IMG/VR virus record: IMGVR_UViG_3300037010_000793
Coordinates: 1 to 64,000 of that record
Reading direction: 5' to 3' (one strand)
DNA length: 64,000 nt
Origin: a virus
Shown piece by piece: positions 38,583-48,158 of this stretch. The translations under genes were made by a program, and so were the position numbers. The first letter of the stretch is position 1, and the number at the start of each line of letters is the position of its first letter. The notes below the pieces were generated by a model, which was not told where the DNA came from, did no database searches, and worked only from the letters and a program-made list of their open reading frames with translations.

Positions 38583-39407
38583 CTAAGCAACTAAGTGCGA
38601 TAATTGACTTCGCAACTTCTTTACAACTGTTCTAAAAATTTCATCAACCCGCTGATGGCTAACGCCTAGCTCAATAGCAATCTCTTTTAGAGTCATTTTA
38701 TCTTCATCAATTAAACGTTTTTGAATTACAAACCGCTCCCGCTCATTGAATTTATCTAACGCGCCGTGAACTTTGTTGAGAATATTAAGTTCATTGTCTT
38801 CTGTTATCGCAATTGATTCAGGGTTAGAGTCAAAATCAGGAACCTCAACTACCGTTTCTTCATTGTCATATAGTTGATATGTTGATTCAATTTTAGCGCT
38901 TAATCTAATATCCATCTCAATTACATCTTCTACTTTTACGTTCAATTGAGCAGCAATCTTATTAGCGTCTTCAATCGTAATTGGAAGATTGCTTTTCTTT
39001 AGCGATTTTAGATTGAAGAAAAGCTTTTGTTGTGATTTAGTAGTAGCGATCTTCATAATATGAACATTGTTCAAAATATAATCATACAGTTCAGCTTTAA
39101 CGTAGTAACCAGCAAAGGTCATTAACCGGACACCTTGCATTGGGTTAAACTTCCTAACTGCTTTCATTAAGCCAATTGAACCTTCTTGAATTAGATCAAT
39201 AAGCGGTAAGTTATACCCTTTAAAGAGCGATGCAATTGTGATAATATTCTTGAGATTATGAATTACTAGCTTCTCTGCAGCAAATAAATCATTATTTGTG
39301 ATATAACGATTAGCTAACGAATATTCTTCATCTTTAGATAGATCAGGGAAGGATTTGATATGTGCAATATACTGATTATTTTCAGATTGAATGGTTATTG
39401 AGCTCAT
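38583..39407 (-). CDS. rpoH: RNA polymerase sigma-32 (RpoH)-like sigma factor
   Basis: GYNLPLIDLIQEGSIGLMKAVRKFNP..GVRL.TFA; RpoH box IATTKSQQKLFFNL; region 4 HTH TLKEIAIELGVS. Confidence 0.9.
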   Translation of the reverse strand: MSSITIQSENNQYIAHIKSFPDLSKDEEYSLANRYITNNDLFAAEKLVIHNLKNIITIASLFKGYNLPLIDLIQEGSIGLMKAVRKFNPMQGVRLMTFAGYYVKAELYDYILNNVHIMKIATTKSQQKLFFNLKSLKKSNLPITIEDANKIAAQLNVKVEDVIEMDIRLSAKIESTYQLYDNEETVVEVPDFDSNPESIAITEDNELNILNKVHGALDKFNERERFVIQKRLIDEDKMTLKEIAIELGVSHQRVDEIFRTVVKKLRSQLSHLVA

Positions 39408-39464
39408 TTTGCTTTCCTATTACTTGCTTATCTTTAATTATAACCTATCAAATCTTGTCTCTAT

Positions 39465-39531
39465 GAGGTTCAATTCAAAAATATGTATATTCTATTAGCT
39501 TTTTGAATTGAACAACGCGATGACAGTTTAA
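39465..39531. repeat. Inverted-repeat element, copy 2 (14-bp perfect stem)
   Basis: gttcaattcaaaaa / tttttgaattgaac; loop and trailing acagtttaa are shared with copy 1. Confidence 0.85.
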
Positions 39532-39805
39532 TGAGTTTAAACACACTGCCTGTTTTAACGAATAACAGACCATTATCACGACGTTCAATATCTTTATAAT
39601 ATGACCCTGTCAGCTTCATCCATGATTTACTAGCCGGGAATATAAAGAAGCTTCATGCTCGACAAGAGTTTCTACACGTAATGAGTTTGTATTCAGTTTA
39701 ACCCCTGTATTGTTTCCTATCAGATGTAAACTTAAAATTACTAAACCGATCCTCTGTTAACTTTACACTGCTTCGTAATGCTTCTTTAACTTCTTGCTTT
39801 GTCAC
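39530..39805 (-). pseudogene. Probable frameshifted small early gene
   Basis: GTG 39805 with SD AGGT and promoter; a protein-like reading (..QYRVKLNTNSLRVE..SWMKLTGSYYKDI..) needs two frameshifts at G/C runs; end approximate. Confidence 0.4.
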
Positions 39806-39882
39806 GTTGCGTTACCTATGTATTAGTTTGTTGTAAACATTATAACATAAAATAAAGCAAAGATAAACTATTTTTAATAAAA

Positions 39883-40518
39883 TTATTCACATTCGTCTAA
39901 CGTAACATCAACTTCATAGTCTGCTAGTTCTGAGTTCTTATTAATAACGTCCAACTTTTTAGATAAAGAGTCTAACATTTCGAGAGCTTGGGCCAGTTTT
40001 ACGTTCGACGCTTGTAATATGTTACCTGCATCGTTAAAGTGATTTGCTATAGTCTCAAGCTCGCTGACACTAATATCAGTAATAGAAAGAGTCTTAGCTA
40101 AACGATGAAACGCATACACCTTCGTAAACATATTCAGCGCAGAAGGTATTCTTTCATCTATATTATCCACGGTTAATATAGATACGACCCAGGCTGAATC
40201 AGGGTCGTGAACCCACCAATAGTTAGCGTGTTTACTTACATAGGTCTTACCAAGCATTGTATAAAGCTTTGACGTGATCGGGTATAGTTTTGAAGTTTCA
40301 TCGATGAGATGAGGCATCAGCGAGTCTTTGATAGCGTTTACGGTTGACTGGTTGTTTATTAAGTCAATCGCCACTTCTTCATACTGTGTCTCGATTGAAT
40401 TGTATTTTTCATGTGATGCTTTATTCGTCTGCTGTTCAAGCTTGAGCGCAATATTGGCTACATCTAAGCGTTGCATTATAATGCGACTATATTCGCTTAG
40501 CTTAATTTTAACTACCAT
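39883..40518 (-). CDS. Hypothetical coiled-coil protein
   Basis: SD AAGGA. Confidence 0.65.
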   Translation of the reverse strand: MVVKIKLSEYSRIIMQRLDVANIALKLEQQTNKASHEKYNSIETQYEEVAIDLINNQSTVNAIKDSLMPHLIDETSKLYPITSKLYTMLGKTYVSKHANYWWVHDPDSAWVVSILTVDNIDERIPSALNMFTKVYAFHRLAKTLSITDISVSELETIANHFNDAGNILQASNVKLAQALEMLDSLSKKLDVINKNSELADYEVDVTLDECE

Positions 40519-40908
40519 TGCTCTGTTCCTTTTATTTGACTAATCTTATTAATGATGTATATACTTCCCCGGCTTCGTTCAGTAGAATAATGTTAACCTT
40601 TAACTTGGTTACATTACAATTCTGCATTTTAATTATAACAAATGTCTAAGAATTTTTAAACTTATATAAAACTATTAAGTTGTATTACGTGATTTTTAAG
40701 AAGTGGTTTTATAAACTGGTGCTCGCCAAGAATTGACGGTTAGAAAACAATAAGTATATTAATCTTTTCTGAGATAATTAAGCCAGACAATTCTGGGTAT
40801 GTGTCTGTGTCAATTCGTTATACGCATTAAAAAGGTAAGGCTGATTTATATTCTTAAACAATATCCAATCTAACGTGTTCACTCTGATTCAGTTAATAGC
40901 ATTGTAAA

Positions 40909-41379
40909 TTATAATAATTCAATTTCTTTTGGCGCTATTTTAATATTCTTCTTAACTAGCACTTCCTCTTCTTTTAAAGCTGAGTCAACAGAACGTGGAT
41001 CTAAACCAACGCCACCAGTAAACAACGCATAATTATAAATGTCTAGTATGCTTTGTGTCTTAGATATATTCTTTGTTATAAGAACAGGTACTAAATCTTT
41101 TTTCTTTGCTGTGGTATATTTGGTATCTTTTGTAAATTTAATGGCCATTGTTTTAGATTTTGACCATGATGTATACTTATCAAATACCATTCTACCTTCA
41201 GCTGCGAGCTCAATAAACTCAGGTGTGACCAACATACCACGATACAATTTACCGGTAAATCTGAAATGATCTGGTACGTTAATAGCTTTCGCTAACTGAT
41301 CTGCATACTTCTGATCATTATCAGAAAGCCATTTATCCAAAGTATCGGTGAATTCTTTTGAGAAACATTGTAGTGCCAT
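40909..41379 (-). CDS. ADP-ribosyltransferase (R-S-E clade)
   Basis: LYRG, YTSWS, EEEVLV catalytic triad pattern. Confidence 0.75.
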   Translation of the reverse strand: MALQCFSKEFTDTLDKWLSDNDQKYADQLAKAINVPDHFRFTGKLYRGMLVTPEFIELAAEGRMVFDKYTSWSKSKTMAIKFTKDTKYTTAKKKDLVPVLITKNISKTQSILDIYNYALFTGGVGLDPRSVDSALKEEEVLVKKNIKIAPKEIELL

Positions 41380-41432
41380 TAAACTATACCAAATTATATA
41401 ATTAACTTATTTATCACTACAGTTAATAGATA

Positions 41433-41687
41433 TCACTTGATATTTGTTAATGCAGTACCTTTTTCTGAGATAATATTAATTTCATTTTTATTCATGATTG
41501 CCGACCTTGCTTTACGAATCTTTTGAATTGCAGATTCAACACCGCCATTAAAGAATACCTGCGCTTCTGTTAACATTACCTGATCTTCTGGTAATTTAAT
41601 TTTTAACGACGTGATCTCTGTAATTAGCTCAGATAATAATGCTTCATCTGTACTTGATTCATGATTACAACTTAAGATATGTTTCAT
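41433..41687 (-). CDS. Hypothetical protein
   Basis: ATGA-coupled. Confidence 0.55.
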   Translation of the reverse strand: MKHILSCNHESSTDEALLSELITEITSLKIKLPEDQVMLTEAQVFFNGGVESAIQKIRKARSAIMNKNEINIISEKGTALTNIK

Positions 41688-41983
41688 TTTGGCTCCGTTG
41701 TTGACTTAACAGCCTTAACCCGGCGTTGTGTTTTATTTCTCTTTATTGAAACTATAACATTCTTCATAAACGTCAATTCTTTACCAATTAACGCAGACTT
41801 ATCTAGTTGTTTAATAGCATCATTACATACTAATCTGATAAGATAATTCTTTAACTCACCTGTTAATTCAGCGTTATTAATTTGATTACATTTACATGCG
41901 CATAACGATGTTACCGACTCAACATAGGCAAGACGTTTTGGTTTGCCGGCTAGTATAACTTTCAGGGTTTCTAAATTATTCAT
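41684..41983 (-). CDS. Hypothetical protein
   Basis: ATGA-coupled. Confidence 0.55.
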   Translation of the reverse strand: MNNLETLKVILAGKPKRLAYVESVTSLCACKCNQINNAELTGELKNYLIRLVCNDAIKQLDKSALIGKELTFMKNVIVSIKRNKTQRRVKAVKSTTEPK

Positions 41984-42417
41984 TTCAGTCCTTTGAGCAG
42001 CAAGTTGTACGACGTAGTCTTTAACGATACGACTTTAGTTGAAGAATGAATAATTCTATAAGCTAACATATCAGCTGTGATCAGCATTGCGTTAGGAACC
42101 TCATCAAAGAATACATAATCGTAAGATGATTTGCCACGCCAGATATCTTTGTTATCCATGAATTTGCCGTTACCATCGTAAGAGACATAATCGCACGGTA
42201 AACAATGTTTACAATCTTTAGCACGGGCAACATAAAGAATTTTACGATCCGCTAATAACCCGCTTGAAATAATCTCTTCGATTGTGGTAGTCTTTCCATA
42301 ACGTCTAGGAAGATTTAACTCAAGGAAATTCAATTCAAAGAAAAAACAAACAGGGTCTCTGTCACCAAATAATAAAAATTGTTTGATCATATCTGTCAAT
42401 AACTTGTTTGTATTCAT
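41980..42417 (-). CDS. Small P-loop NTPase (terminase/helicase-like Walker A/B)
   Basis: LPRRYGKTT and YVFFDE; start reassigned to MNTNK (SD AGGAG). Confidence 0.6.
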   Translation of the reverse strand: MNTNKLLTDMIKQFLLFGDRDPVCFFFELNFLELNLPRRYGKTTTIEEIISSGLLADRKILYVARAKDCKHCLPCDYVSYDGNGKFMDNKDIWRGKSSYDYVFFDEVPNAMLITADMLAYRIIHSSTKVVSLKTTSYNLLLKGLK

Positions 42418-42457
42418 AATTACTCCTAGTGAAATATTTGAAGTTGATGGATGCAAC

Positions 42458-42709
42458 TCACTTTGCGAATTTAATAATTTGATAAGATGTTACTTCACAG
42501 CTATCAAAAAACGGCTTAAGCGTACTATAAGTTCTACCTTGTTCTGCAGTAACACCGTGATATTTTGTGTCAACTCTAATTACATCGTGTGCATCAAACC
42601 AAATATCATCGCAATAAGGGACAAACCCAACTCGAATTGTTGGCTCTGCATGTTCTTTCACAACATCGCTCATAACAACAGAGAATAGCTTAAAAATATA
42701 GTAAAGCAT
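42458..42709 (-). CDS. Hypothetical protein
   Basis: ORF packing. Confidence 0.5.
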   Translation of the reverse strand: MLYYIFKLFSVVMSDVVKEHAEPTIRVGFVPYCDDIWFDAHDVIRVDTKYHGVTAEQGRTYSTLKPFFDSCEVTSYQIIKFAK

Positions 42710-42714
42710 TTACA

Positions 42715-43107
42715 TTAATCCAAAATAATCTGATAAACTTCATCACTTAATCCTTCTCTATTAAGAGAATGTATTTTTGAGTCTAGAATTGTACTTACAT
42801 ACCAGGAATGGTTACCAGGAACAAAACGTCGACTGATTACAACGATAACATTCTTATACCTAAGCTCAATAGTACAGTACCGTCCTTGAACCATTGCAAA
42901 AATAAGCTCGCATAGCTTATGCCTATATGTTTTATTGAGTGCATCAAAGCAATAATCGACAGATAAACGACGTTGCTTAGCACGACTTAATATATGATCA
43001 CGTGCTAATCCAAAATCAATACTAACTGAATTTAATAACGATTTATACTTATTGCAAACAATGTTAAATGAGTTAATATAAACATCGTCAATAGTTTTAG
43101 CTGCCAT
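42715..43107 (-). CDS. Hypothetical protein
   Basis: SD AGGT. Confidence 0.6.
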   Translation of the reverse strand: MAAKTIDDVYINSFNIVCNKYKSLLNSVSIDFGLARDHILSRAKQRRLSVDYCFDALNKTYRHKLCELIFAMVQGRYCTIELRYKNVIVVISRRFVPGNHSWYVSTILDSKIHSLNREGLSDEVYQIILD

Positions 43108-43184
43108 ATTATTACCTTTTATTATGTTTCAAAAACTAAGCAAGTAAGTTATTGTTTATCCAAAATGTCTAACAAAATTAACAT

Positions 43185-43487
43185 CTAGATATCTTGATAA
43201 TCCCATGCGTTAGGAGTATGGTGTTTAACGAAATGTTTATAAGCTAGTTGAGAGGTTGCAACAACTCTTTCTTCAAAATCGCCTTTAACTACTCCATGTT
43301 CTGGATGAACTGCGTTAAAACGGTTAACCCATTTAAAGTAATCCTCCGACACTTTACCTGTAATTGTCCAACCAGAATCATTCTCACCTAAGTGCTCAGG
43401 ATCTAATGTGCAAGCTGAATAAAAATGAAATTGAGCTTTTAAGTCATCTTCAGTTAAGTCAACAACCCATTGCTTGTTATTCTTCAC
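43185..43487 (-). CDS. Hypothetical protein (start reassigned to GTG 43487)
   Basis: SD GGAGG within the upstream gene. Confidence 0.6.
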   Translation of the reverse strand: MKNNKQWVVDLTEDDLKAQFHFYSACTLDPEHLGENDSGWTITGKVSEDYFKWVNRFNAVHPEHGVVKGDFEERVVATSQLAYKHFVKHHTPNAWDYQDI

Positions 43488-43851
43488 AGCAATCCTCCCA
43501 ACCTTCATAGCTAAACTCGTTGTAATGAACAGGGAATTTAGCAAAGTTGTTAAGGTAAATTGTCATCTTGTTTGATGGGTAAAATTCACCGTTATCTTCA
43601 ACAAAGATATAGGTTACTGCAAATCTGATCATTTTTTGTAATTCATTCAGACCTGAATCAGCATGAAGCATACGACGAAAATAGTAGATTGCATCAAGTT
43701 TACTATTTGCAACCATTGACTTATAATGATCTTTAATATTATTGTTTCGATAATCAATAGATAAACACAATTTAGCGTATTGATTTACAGTTAAATTATC
43801 TTTTGCTACATTTTCATCTAGATATAACATTGAAATTGAGCAGATATACAT
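43477..43851 (-). CDS. Hypothetical protein
   Basis: SD AGGA. Confidence 0.55.
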   Translation of the reverse strand: MYICSISMLYLDENVAKDNLTVNQYAKLCLSIDYRNNNIKDHYKSMVANSKLDAIYYFRRMLHADSGLNELQKMIRFAVTYIFVEDNGEFYPSNKMTIYLNNFAKFPVHYNEFSYEGWEDCCEE

Positions 43852-43888
43852 TTTATTTCTTCCTATTGTCTTGTTTGGGCTAAAGCTA

Positions 43889-44278
43889 TTACAAGCCTAA
43901 TGCTTTACGTTCTTCTTCAGATAATTTAGCAATTGCCTGCTTCTTAATTTCGTTTAATCGAATCTCTTGCTCTAGTCGAATCTTTGCAGATTCTAGCCAG
44001 CCTTCAACGGCCTCAATAGCGTCCAGTTCCGAGCTATTCAATATTGTTGATGGCATATCAAACAAAAGAGGGTACTTATCGCCTGAAGTGGTTATAATTT
44101 GACATGCTTGCGGCACATTTTCGTGATTATTAATTAACCCAGTAATGAATGCATCTGCTGAAATAGATGAGGCAATCGCTTTTACCACTCGCATATACCA
44201 TTCTTTCTGGATAAGCTCAAGTTGTGCAGCTTGTTGGATTTCGTATGCGGTTCGAGCTGCCTGTTTTTTGGTTGTCAT
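43889..44278 (-). CDS. Hypothetical early protein
   Basis: C-terminal AIAKLSEEERKALGL motif common in phage proteins. Confidence 0.65.
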   Translation of the reverse strand: MTTKKQAARTAYEIQQAAQLELIQKEWYMRVVKAIASSISADAFITGLINNHENVPQACQIITTSGDKYPLLFDMPSTILNSSELDAIEAVEGWLESAKIRLEQEIRLNEIKKQAIAKLSEEERKALGL

Positions 44279-44302
44279 TTTGATTTCCTGTTCTCTGTTT
44301 GC

Positions 44303-44345
44303 TTAACTTATGGATATTATAACATAGCTCTATGCAAAAGTATAC
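44303..44345 (-). promoter_or_regulatory. Early promoter cassette, type A
   Basis: ttaacttatggatattataacatagctc..aaaagtatac, shared with 46421, 59230, 59644 and 63400. Confidence 0.8.
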
Positions 44346-44419
44346 GGTTTACCAGTATAAAACACAAATAAATTGCAATTCTTCAATGAACTCAATATTC
44401 CAAGCTAATTCGTACATGT

Positions 44420-44731
44420 TCATGCGCCACATTCAAACGAATAAATTGCATGATTCAGCGTGATGTACGCTTTCCAAATTTTAACGACGTCTAACGGGAG
44501 TTCCGCTAATACGTTATCAAACCTATCGTCATCAGAAACGCTGGTTGTGATATACCCAACACCAGTTTTATTATCGATACGAATCAACGAACCAATTTTG
44601 TATCTATTGTCTGGGTGAATATTGCATTCTCTCAGTCGCTCTAAAATAATCTTATCAACAATAGCCGACAAGAGTTCTTGCGAATCAATCTCGACATCAA
44701 CAGCCTGTTTTGCTTTGGTTTTGATAATCAT
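44420..44731 (-). CDS. Hypothetical protein
   Basis: SD GAGG. Confidence 0.55.
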   Translation of the reverse strand: MIIKTKAKQAVDVEIDSQELLSAIVDKIILERLRECNIHPDNRYKIGSLIRIDNKTGVGYITTSVSDDDRFDNVLAELPLDVVKIWKAYITLNHAIYSFECGA

Positions 44732-44875
44732 TTACCATTCCTCTTATACGGTTTAATACTCAATGTCTTACTCGAAAAGTATTTGAGTTCCAGAAAAGCG
44801 CCAAAAGGCTTTTCTGTCCAAACTTTAGTTTCTCTAAACAGACACTTCACATGAAACAACATCCCGTCTAAATAC

Positions 44876-45334
44876 TTAGGCTCTTTCGTTCGAATACACA
44901 ACCTCTATCCCTTTCGAACAACACACGCTGTCGAAAATCAACGAAGCATCATAGTCTACATATTCATTCTCAACATCGTATTCTACAGTATGTAATATGT
45001 CTCCAATAGGACTTTTGATTTCCGCGATATGTCTGTATGTAGATCCATATAGGCTAACAGAAGTTATATCCAACGATATACGAATACCAGACCCAATACA
45101 ATGGGAATATTCATCAGTGTTGATATACGCAGACTCAACACCATAAATAACAGCAATTGCAAATAACAACTTACTATCTTCATTACCATCCCATTCACCG
45201 CCACCAAAGTGACCATCATGTTCGAATGTGTGAGTGATGGCATCATAGGCTATGGTGAATGATGACATATCGCACCATCCGCAATCTTCACAATCAAACC
45301 CATCGTGTTTTGTATGGATTTCAATCTTGTTCAT
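44876..45334 (-). CDS. Hypothetical acidic protein with CxxC
   Basis: DCEDCG; overlaps the upstream stop codon. Confidence 0.6.
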   Translation of the reverse strand: MNKIEIHTKHDGFDCEDCGWCDMSSFTIAYDAITHTFEHDGHFGGGEWDGNEDSKLLFAIAVIYGVESAYINTDEYSHCIGSGIRISLDITSVSLYGSTYRHIAEIKSPIGDILHTVEYDVENEYVDYDASLIFDSVCCSKGIEVVYSNERA

Positions 45335-46016
45335 TTAGTGTACCATCATCTATAATAAAATTGGATAGCGTGCGTCTAATTCGCCCCATAATATACGAGT
45401 TGTTTTCTTTATATGCAATCAGATAAAATGCACCAAGAATTGCTTTAGCTGTTTTCTTCAATACAATACTGATATTCATATCAAATTGACAGATTTTAGA
45501 GTAGTTTGAGAAGTCTTGTTCGGTCAAGACTATACCTGTAGCACAAATCTGTTTACCCCAATATTCTACATCGTATAATGTATCATCTGGGTCGAACTCG
45601 TCTGGATTCGGTAGGGTGACTTGATTGTCGTACCTACCATAAAATTTAGCATGTTCTTCATCCCACAACATCTCACCGAGTTTCTTTGGATCGAACTCGT
45701 GACCAACCCTAGTATATAGATCGGATAGGTGGTTGTACCTAGTGGCAATATTCTCTTCGATTCTATCATCGTTACCGTAATCGTCGTTGGAAAAATCTCG
45801 TAAGTATTCTATTGTTGTGTTCTCTGAGTAGAATATATGAAACGGGATACTTCTACCATATGAAACTCTAACCACGAAGTTACCTTCTTTGATCGAATAC
45901 TCGTACCCATTACCAATAACAAACAATAGATGCCGCATCACATGGATTGGGTACTGGTTAGTGCTGGGGTAGGTAGTCTGCGATTCTCTAATAAACTGCG
46001 CTAACCAATTGTCCAT
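45321..46016 (-). CDS. Hypothetical protein, intact copy of a duplicated gene
   Basis: Closely similar to 61565..62247. Confidence 0.75.
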   Translation of the reverse strand: MDNWLAQFIRESQTTYPSTNQYPIHVMRHLLFVIGNGYEYSIKEGNFVVRVSYGRSIPFHIFYSENTTIEYLRDFSNDDYGNDDRIEENIATRYNHLSDLYTRVGHEFDPKKLGEMLWDEEHAKFYGRYDNQVTLPNPDEFDPDDTLYDVEYWGKQICATGIVLTEQDFSNYSKICQFDMNISIVLKKTAKAILGAFYLIAYKENNSYIMGRIRRTLSNFIIDDGTLNEQD

Positions 46017-46055
46017 TTTATTACCTTTACTTGTTACAATGTTATTAATAGAATA

Positions 46056-46397
46056 CTATGATCCAAGCCAAACAACATCATTACCAGTGTATTGATATAA
46101 GATGTCTTCTAGACACTCTAAGAATGAATCACCAAATCCAACAATACCATATCCGTTTGCATATCCAGGGATACCCATAAGTATGAGTTCACCTTTGAAT
46201 GTATCTTGATTTTCTTTGAACCAGATATAGATGGTATTGATGTGCCTAATGCCTTTGCCATTATCATAATCCTTGGTTAAAGAGAATGTATCAACGATTG
46301 GGAGTACTAAGCCATTTGAGTCAGGCTCTTCTGTTGGATTTGGGTTATCAAAAATAAACACCCGATTGCCATCGATAAGATAGTATGTATTTTTCAT
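46056..46397 (-). CDS. Hypothetical early protein
   Basis: Directly behind a promoter cassette. Confidence 0.6.
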   Translation of the reverse strand: MKNTYYLIDGNRVFIFDNPNPTEEPDSNGLVLPIVDTFSLTKDYDNGKGIRHINTIYIWFKENQDTFKGELILMGIPGYANGYGIVGFGDSFLECLEDILYQYTGNDVVWLGS

Positions 46398-46420
46398 GAA
46401 TGATATATTCCTATGTTCTG

Positions 46421-46465
46421 TTTAACTTATGAGTATTATAACATAAACAATGTTTAATGTAAACA
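46421..46465 (-). promoter_or_regulatory. Early promoter cassette, type A
   Basis: tttaacttatgagtattataacataa...gtaaaca. Confidence 0.8.
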
Positions 46466-46876
46466 TCATTTTCTCCCACAGAAAACTGAAAACACTTCAT
46501 CGTAGTACGCATCCATATCATAATCGAACAAATCTGGACCAGTGATATATTGTGGAGCTTTGTATCTAGCTCGTGTGTACGTCTTAATTTTATCAAGTTC
46601 CTTCGATCGAACCCAATCATCATACGTCTTCAGCCATTCAGTTGTATATACGAATCGTCTCCATCCAGGTTGGGTTACATCATGAACAATCCAACCATCA
46701 ATATCTTCATGTAATCGTTGAATCTTTATGGTTTCCTCTGAAGATAATAAGTCGTTTCCCGTTTCTAGAGACTGCCAAATTAAAAAATCGACTCCAATAT
46801 ACCAACTAGCGGACCAGGTACACTCAGAAACTTCACTCATCAAATCCGCTAATTTTTGTTGCTTTTCAGTCAACAT
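46466..46876 (-). CDS. Hypothetical protein
   Basis: LMSEVSECTWSASW, DGWIV. Confidence 0.6.
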   Translation of the reverse strand: MLTEKQQKLADLMSEVSECTWSASWYIGVDFLIWQSLETGNDLLSSEETIKIQRLHEDIDGWIVHDVTQPGWRRFVYTTEWLKTYDDWVRSKELDKIKTYTRARYKAPQYITGPDLFDYDMDAYYDEVFSVFCGRK

Positions 46877-46911
46877 ATCAATACCTGCCTGTTACCGTAA
46901 AATGATCCGCA

Positions 46912-47310
46912 TCATTCATCACATTCTTCATCATAGTTGGTAGGATCTGAATAATAGAACATATCAATGTTAGGAATGTTTTGAGTATATTCACCATTCT
47001 TTCTAACAATGTGTTCGACCACTGCAGCAATAGAACCTGCTAGAATGGTTTTAATTTCTTCAGTCAATTTACCAGAATACCCACGATTTACAAATGCTTT
47101 AAGTTTTTCAAATTCTGGGTAAATGCCCAGCATACCAAATTCTTGCACCAGAAAGTTGTATGGGCCTGATGTATTGTTACTGAATCCGTTGTTATACCCG
47201 TCGTAGTTAATCTTATTGACGGCTCGTAAATATTCTCCATCTAGTGTAGTACAATTGCCTTGATTAGATACTAACGCATTATATAGACTTTCAAAAACTT
47301 CTTTGCTCAT
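46912..47310 (-). CDS. Hypothetical protein
   Basis: GEYLRAVNKINYDGYNNG pattern. Confidence 0.65.
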   Translation of the reverse strand: MSKEVFESLYNALVSNQGNCTTLDGEYLRAVNKINYDGYNNGFSNNTSGPYNFLVQEFGMLGIYPEFEKLKAFVNRGYSGKLTEEIKTILAGSIAAVVEHIVRKNGEYTQNIPNIDMFYYSDPTNYDEECDE

Positions 47311-47349
47311 TTACATTTCCTAGTTGGTTGTTATTGTATATACATGTTG

Positions 47350-47622
47350 CTAAAACTTTTTACCCATTCTTTGTTGCCGGCTCAACATTTGTTCACATTC
47401 TTTTAACCAATCCCACAACTTCTTGTTCTCTCGAACCAAAGCAGAAACATCAAGAGGTTCAGGTGATTTGATGTATAGCGGAGTTACTTCCGAAATAGAA
47501 ACCAAATTCTCGTCAGGCTTTTCTTTGGTTACCTGATATCGAATATCACCCCGATCATCGACATATTTGAAGCGTTAGAAAGCGGGTTCATCTCTTTTAG
47601 CTGGCTCTGGGGTGTTAATCAT
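47350..47622 (-). pseudogene. Small gene with an in-frame TAA at 47575-47577
   Basis: MINTPEPAKRDEPAF*RFKYVDDRGD...KKF; the frame stays open about 74 codons past the stop and fills the gap. Confidence 0.55.
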
Positions 47623-47626
47623 TGTC

Positions 47627-47989
47627 TTACTCACCTCCTATAACATGAACAAGAAAATGGTTTAATCCATGGGCGCGGCGTTCAACCAGATTATAGTTTT
47701 GATTGTAATCAGTACCATGGCGAATAAATTTCAATAACCATCTATGTTTAACAGGAATGAGCAGTGGTTCGAATGCATATAAGCTTTTAACATAATTATT
47801 AAATTCAATAAATGATACGTTAGACGATCGCACATAAGGTACATGCATAATTACTGGTATTTTAACCATTGTTAGTCCTTTAATACCATCTGTAGTCGAA
47901 ATACCAGGTACCGTAGTTAATACAACTACCAGTAAACAACGGTCATCAAATACTGACTTATACAGTTTGCGTAATTTTTGTAACATCAT
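47627..47989 (-). CDS. Hypothetical protein
   Basis: SD AAGGA. Confidence 0.5.
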   Translation of the reverse strand: MMLQKLRKLYKSVFDDRCLLVVVLTTVPGISTTDGIKGLTMVKIPVIMHVPYVRSSNVSFIEFNNYVKSLYAFEPLLIPVKHRWLLKFIRHGTDYNQNYNLVERRAHGLNHFLVHVIGGE

Positions 47990-48158
47990 AATATTCCTTA
48001 GTGGTGCAATAAAGCTTTAAAAATCTCGGCTATTACCGATGGTAATACTTCAAAAATAAATTCAAAAACAGGCCCGATAATAGAACTGTTATCCGACGAG
48101 TTTTGGTTCCGTACGTCGTCGACCCCGTCTTGACGAAATAATTTAAACACATAAGCCA

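Noticed and set aside
40520-40908. ORF-free gap as an ncRNA or origin
   Set aside because: Only a weak early promoter and broken ORF remnants; no clear structure or iterons
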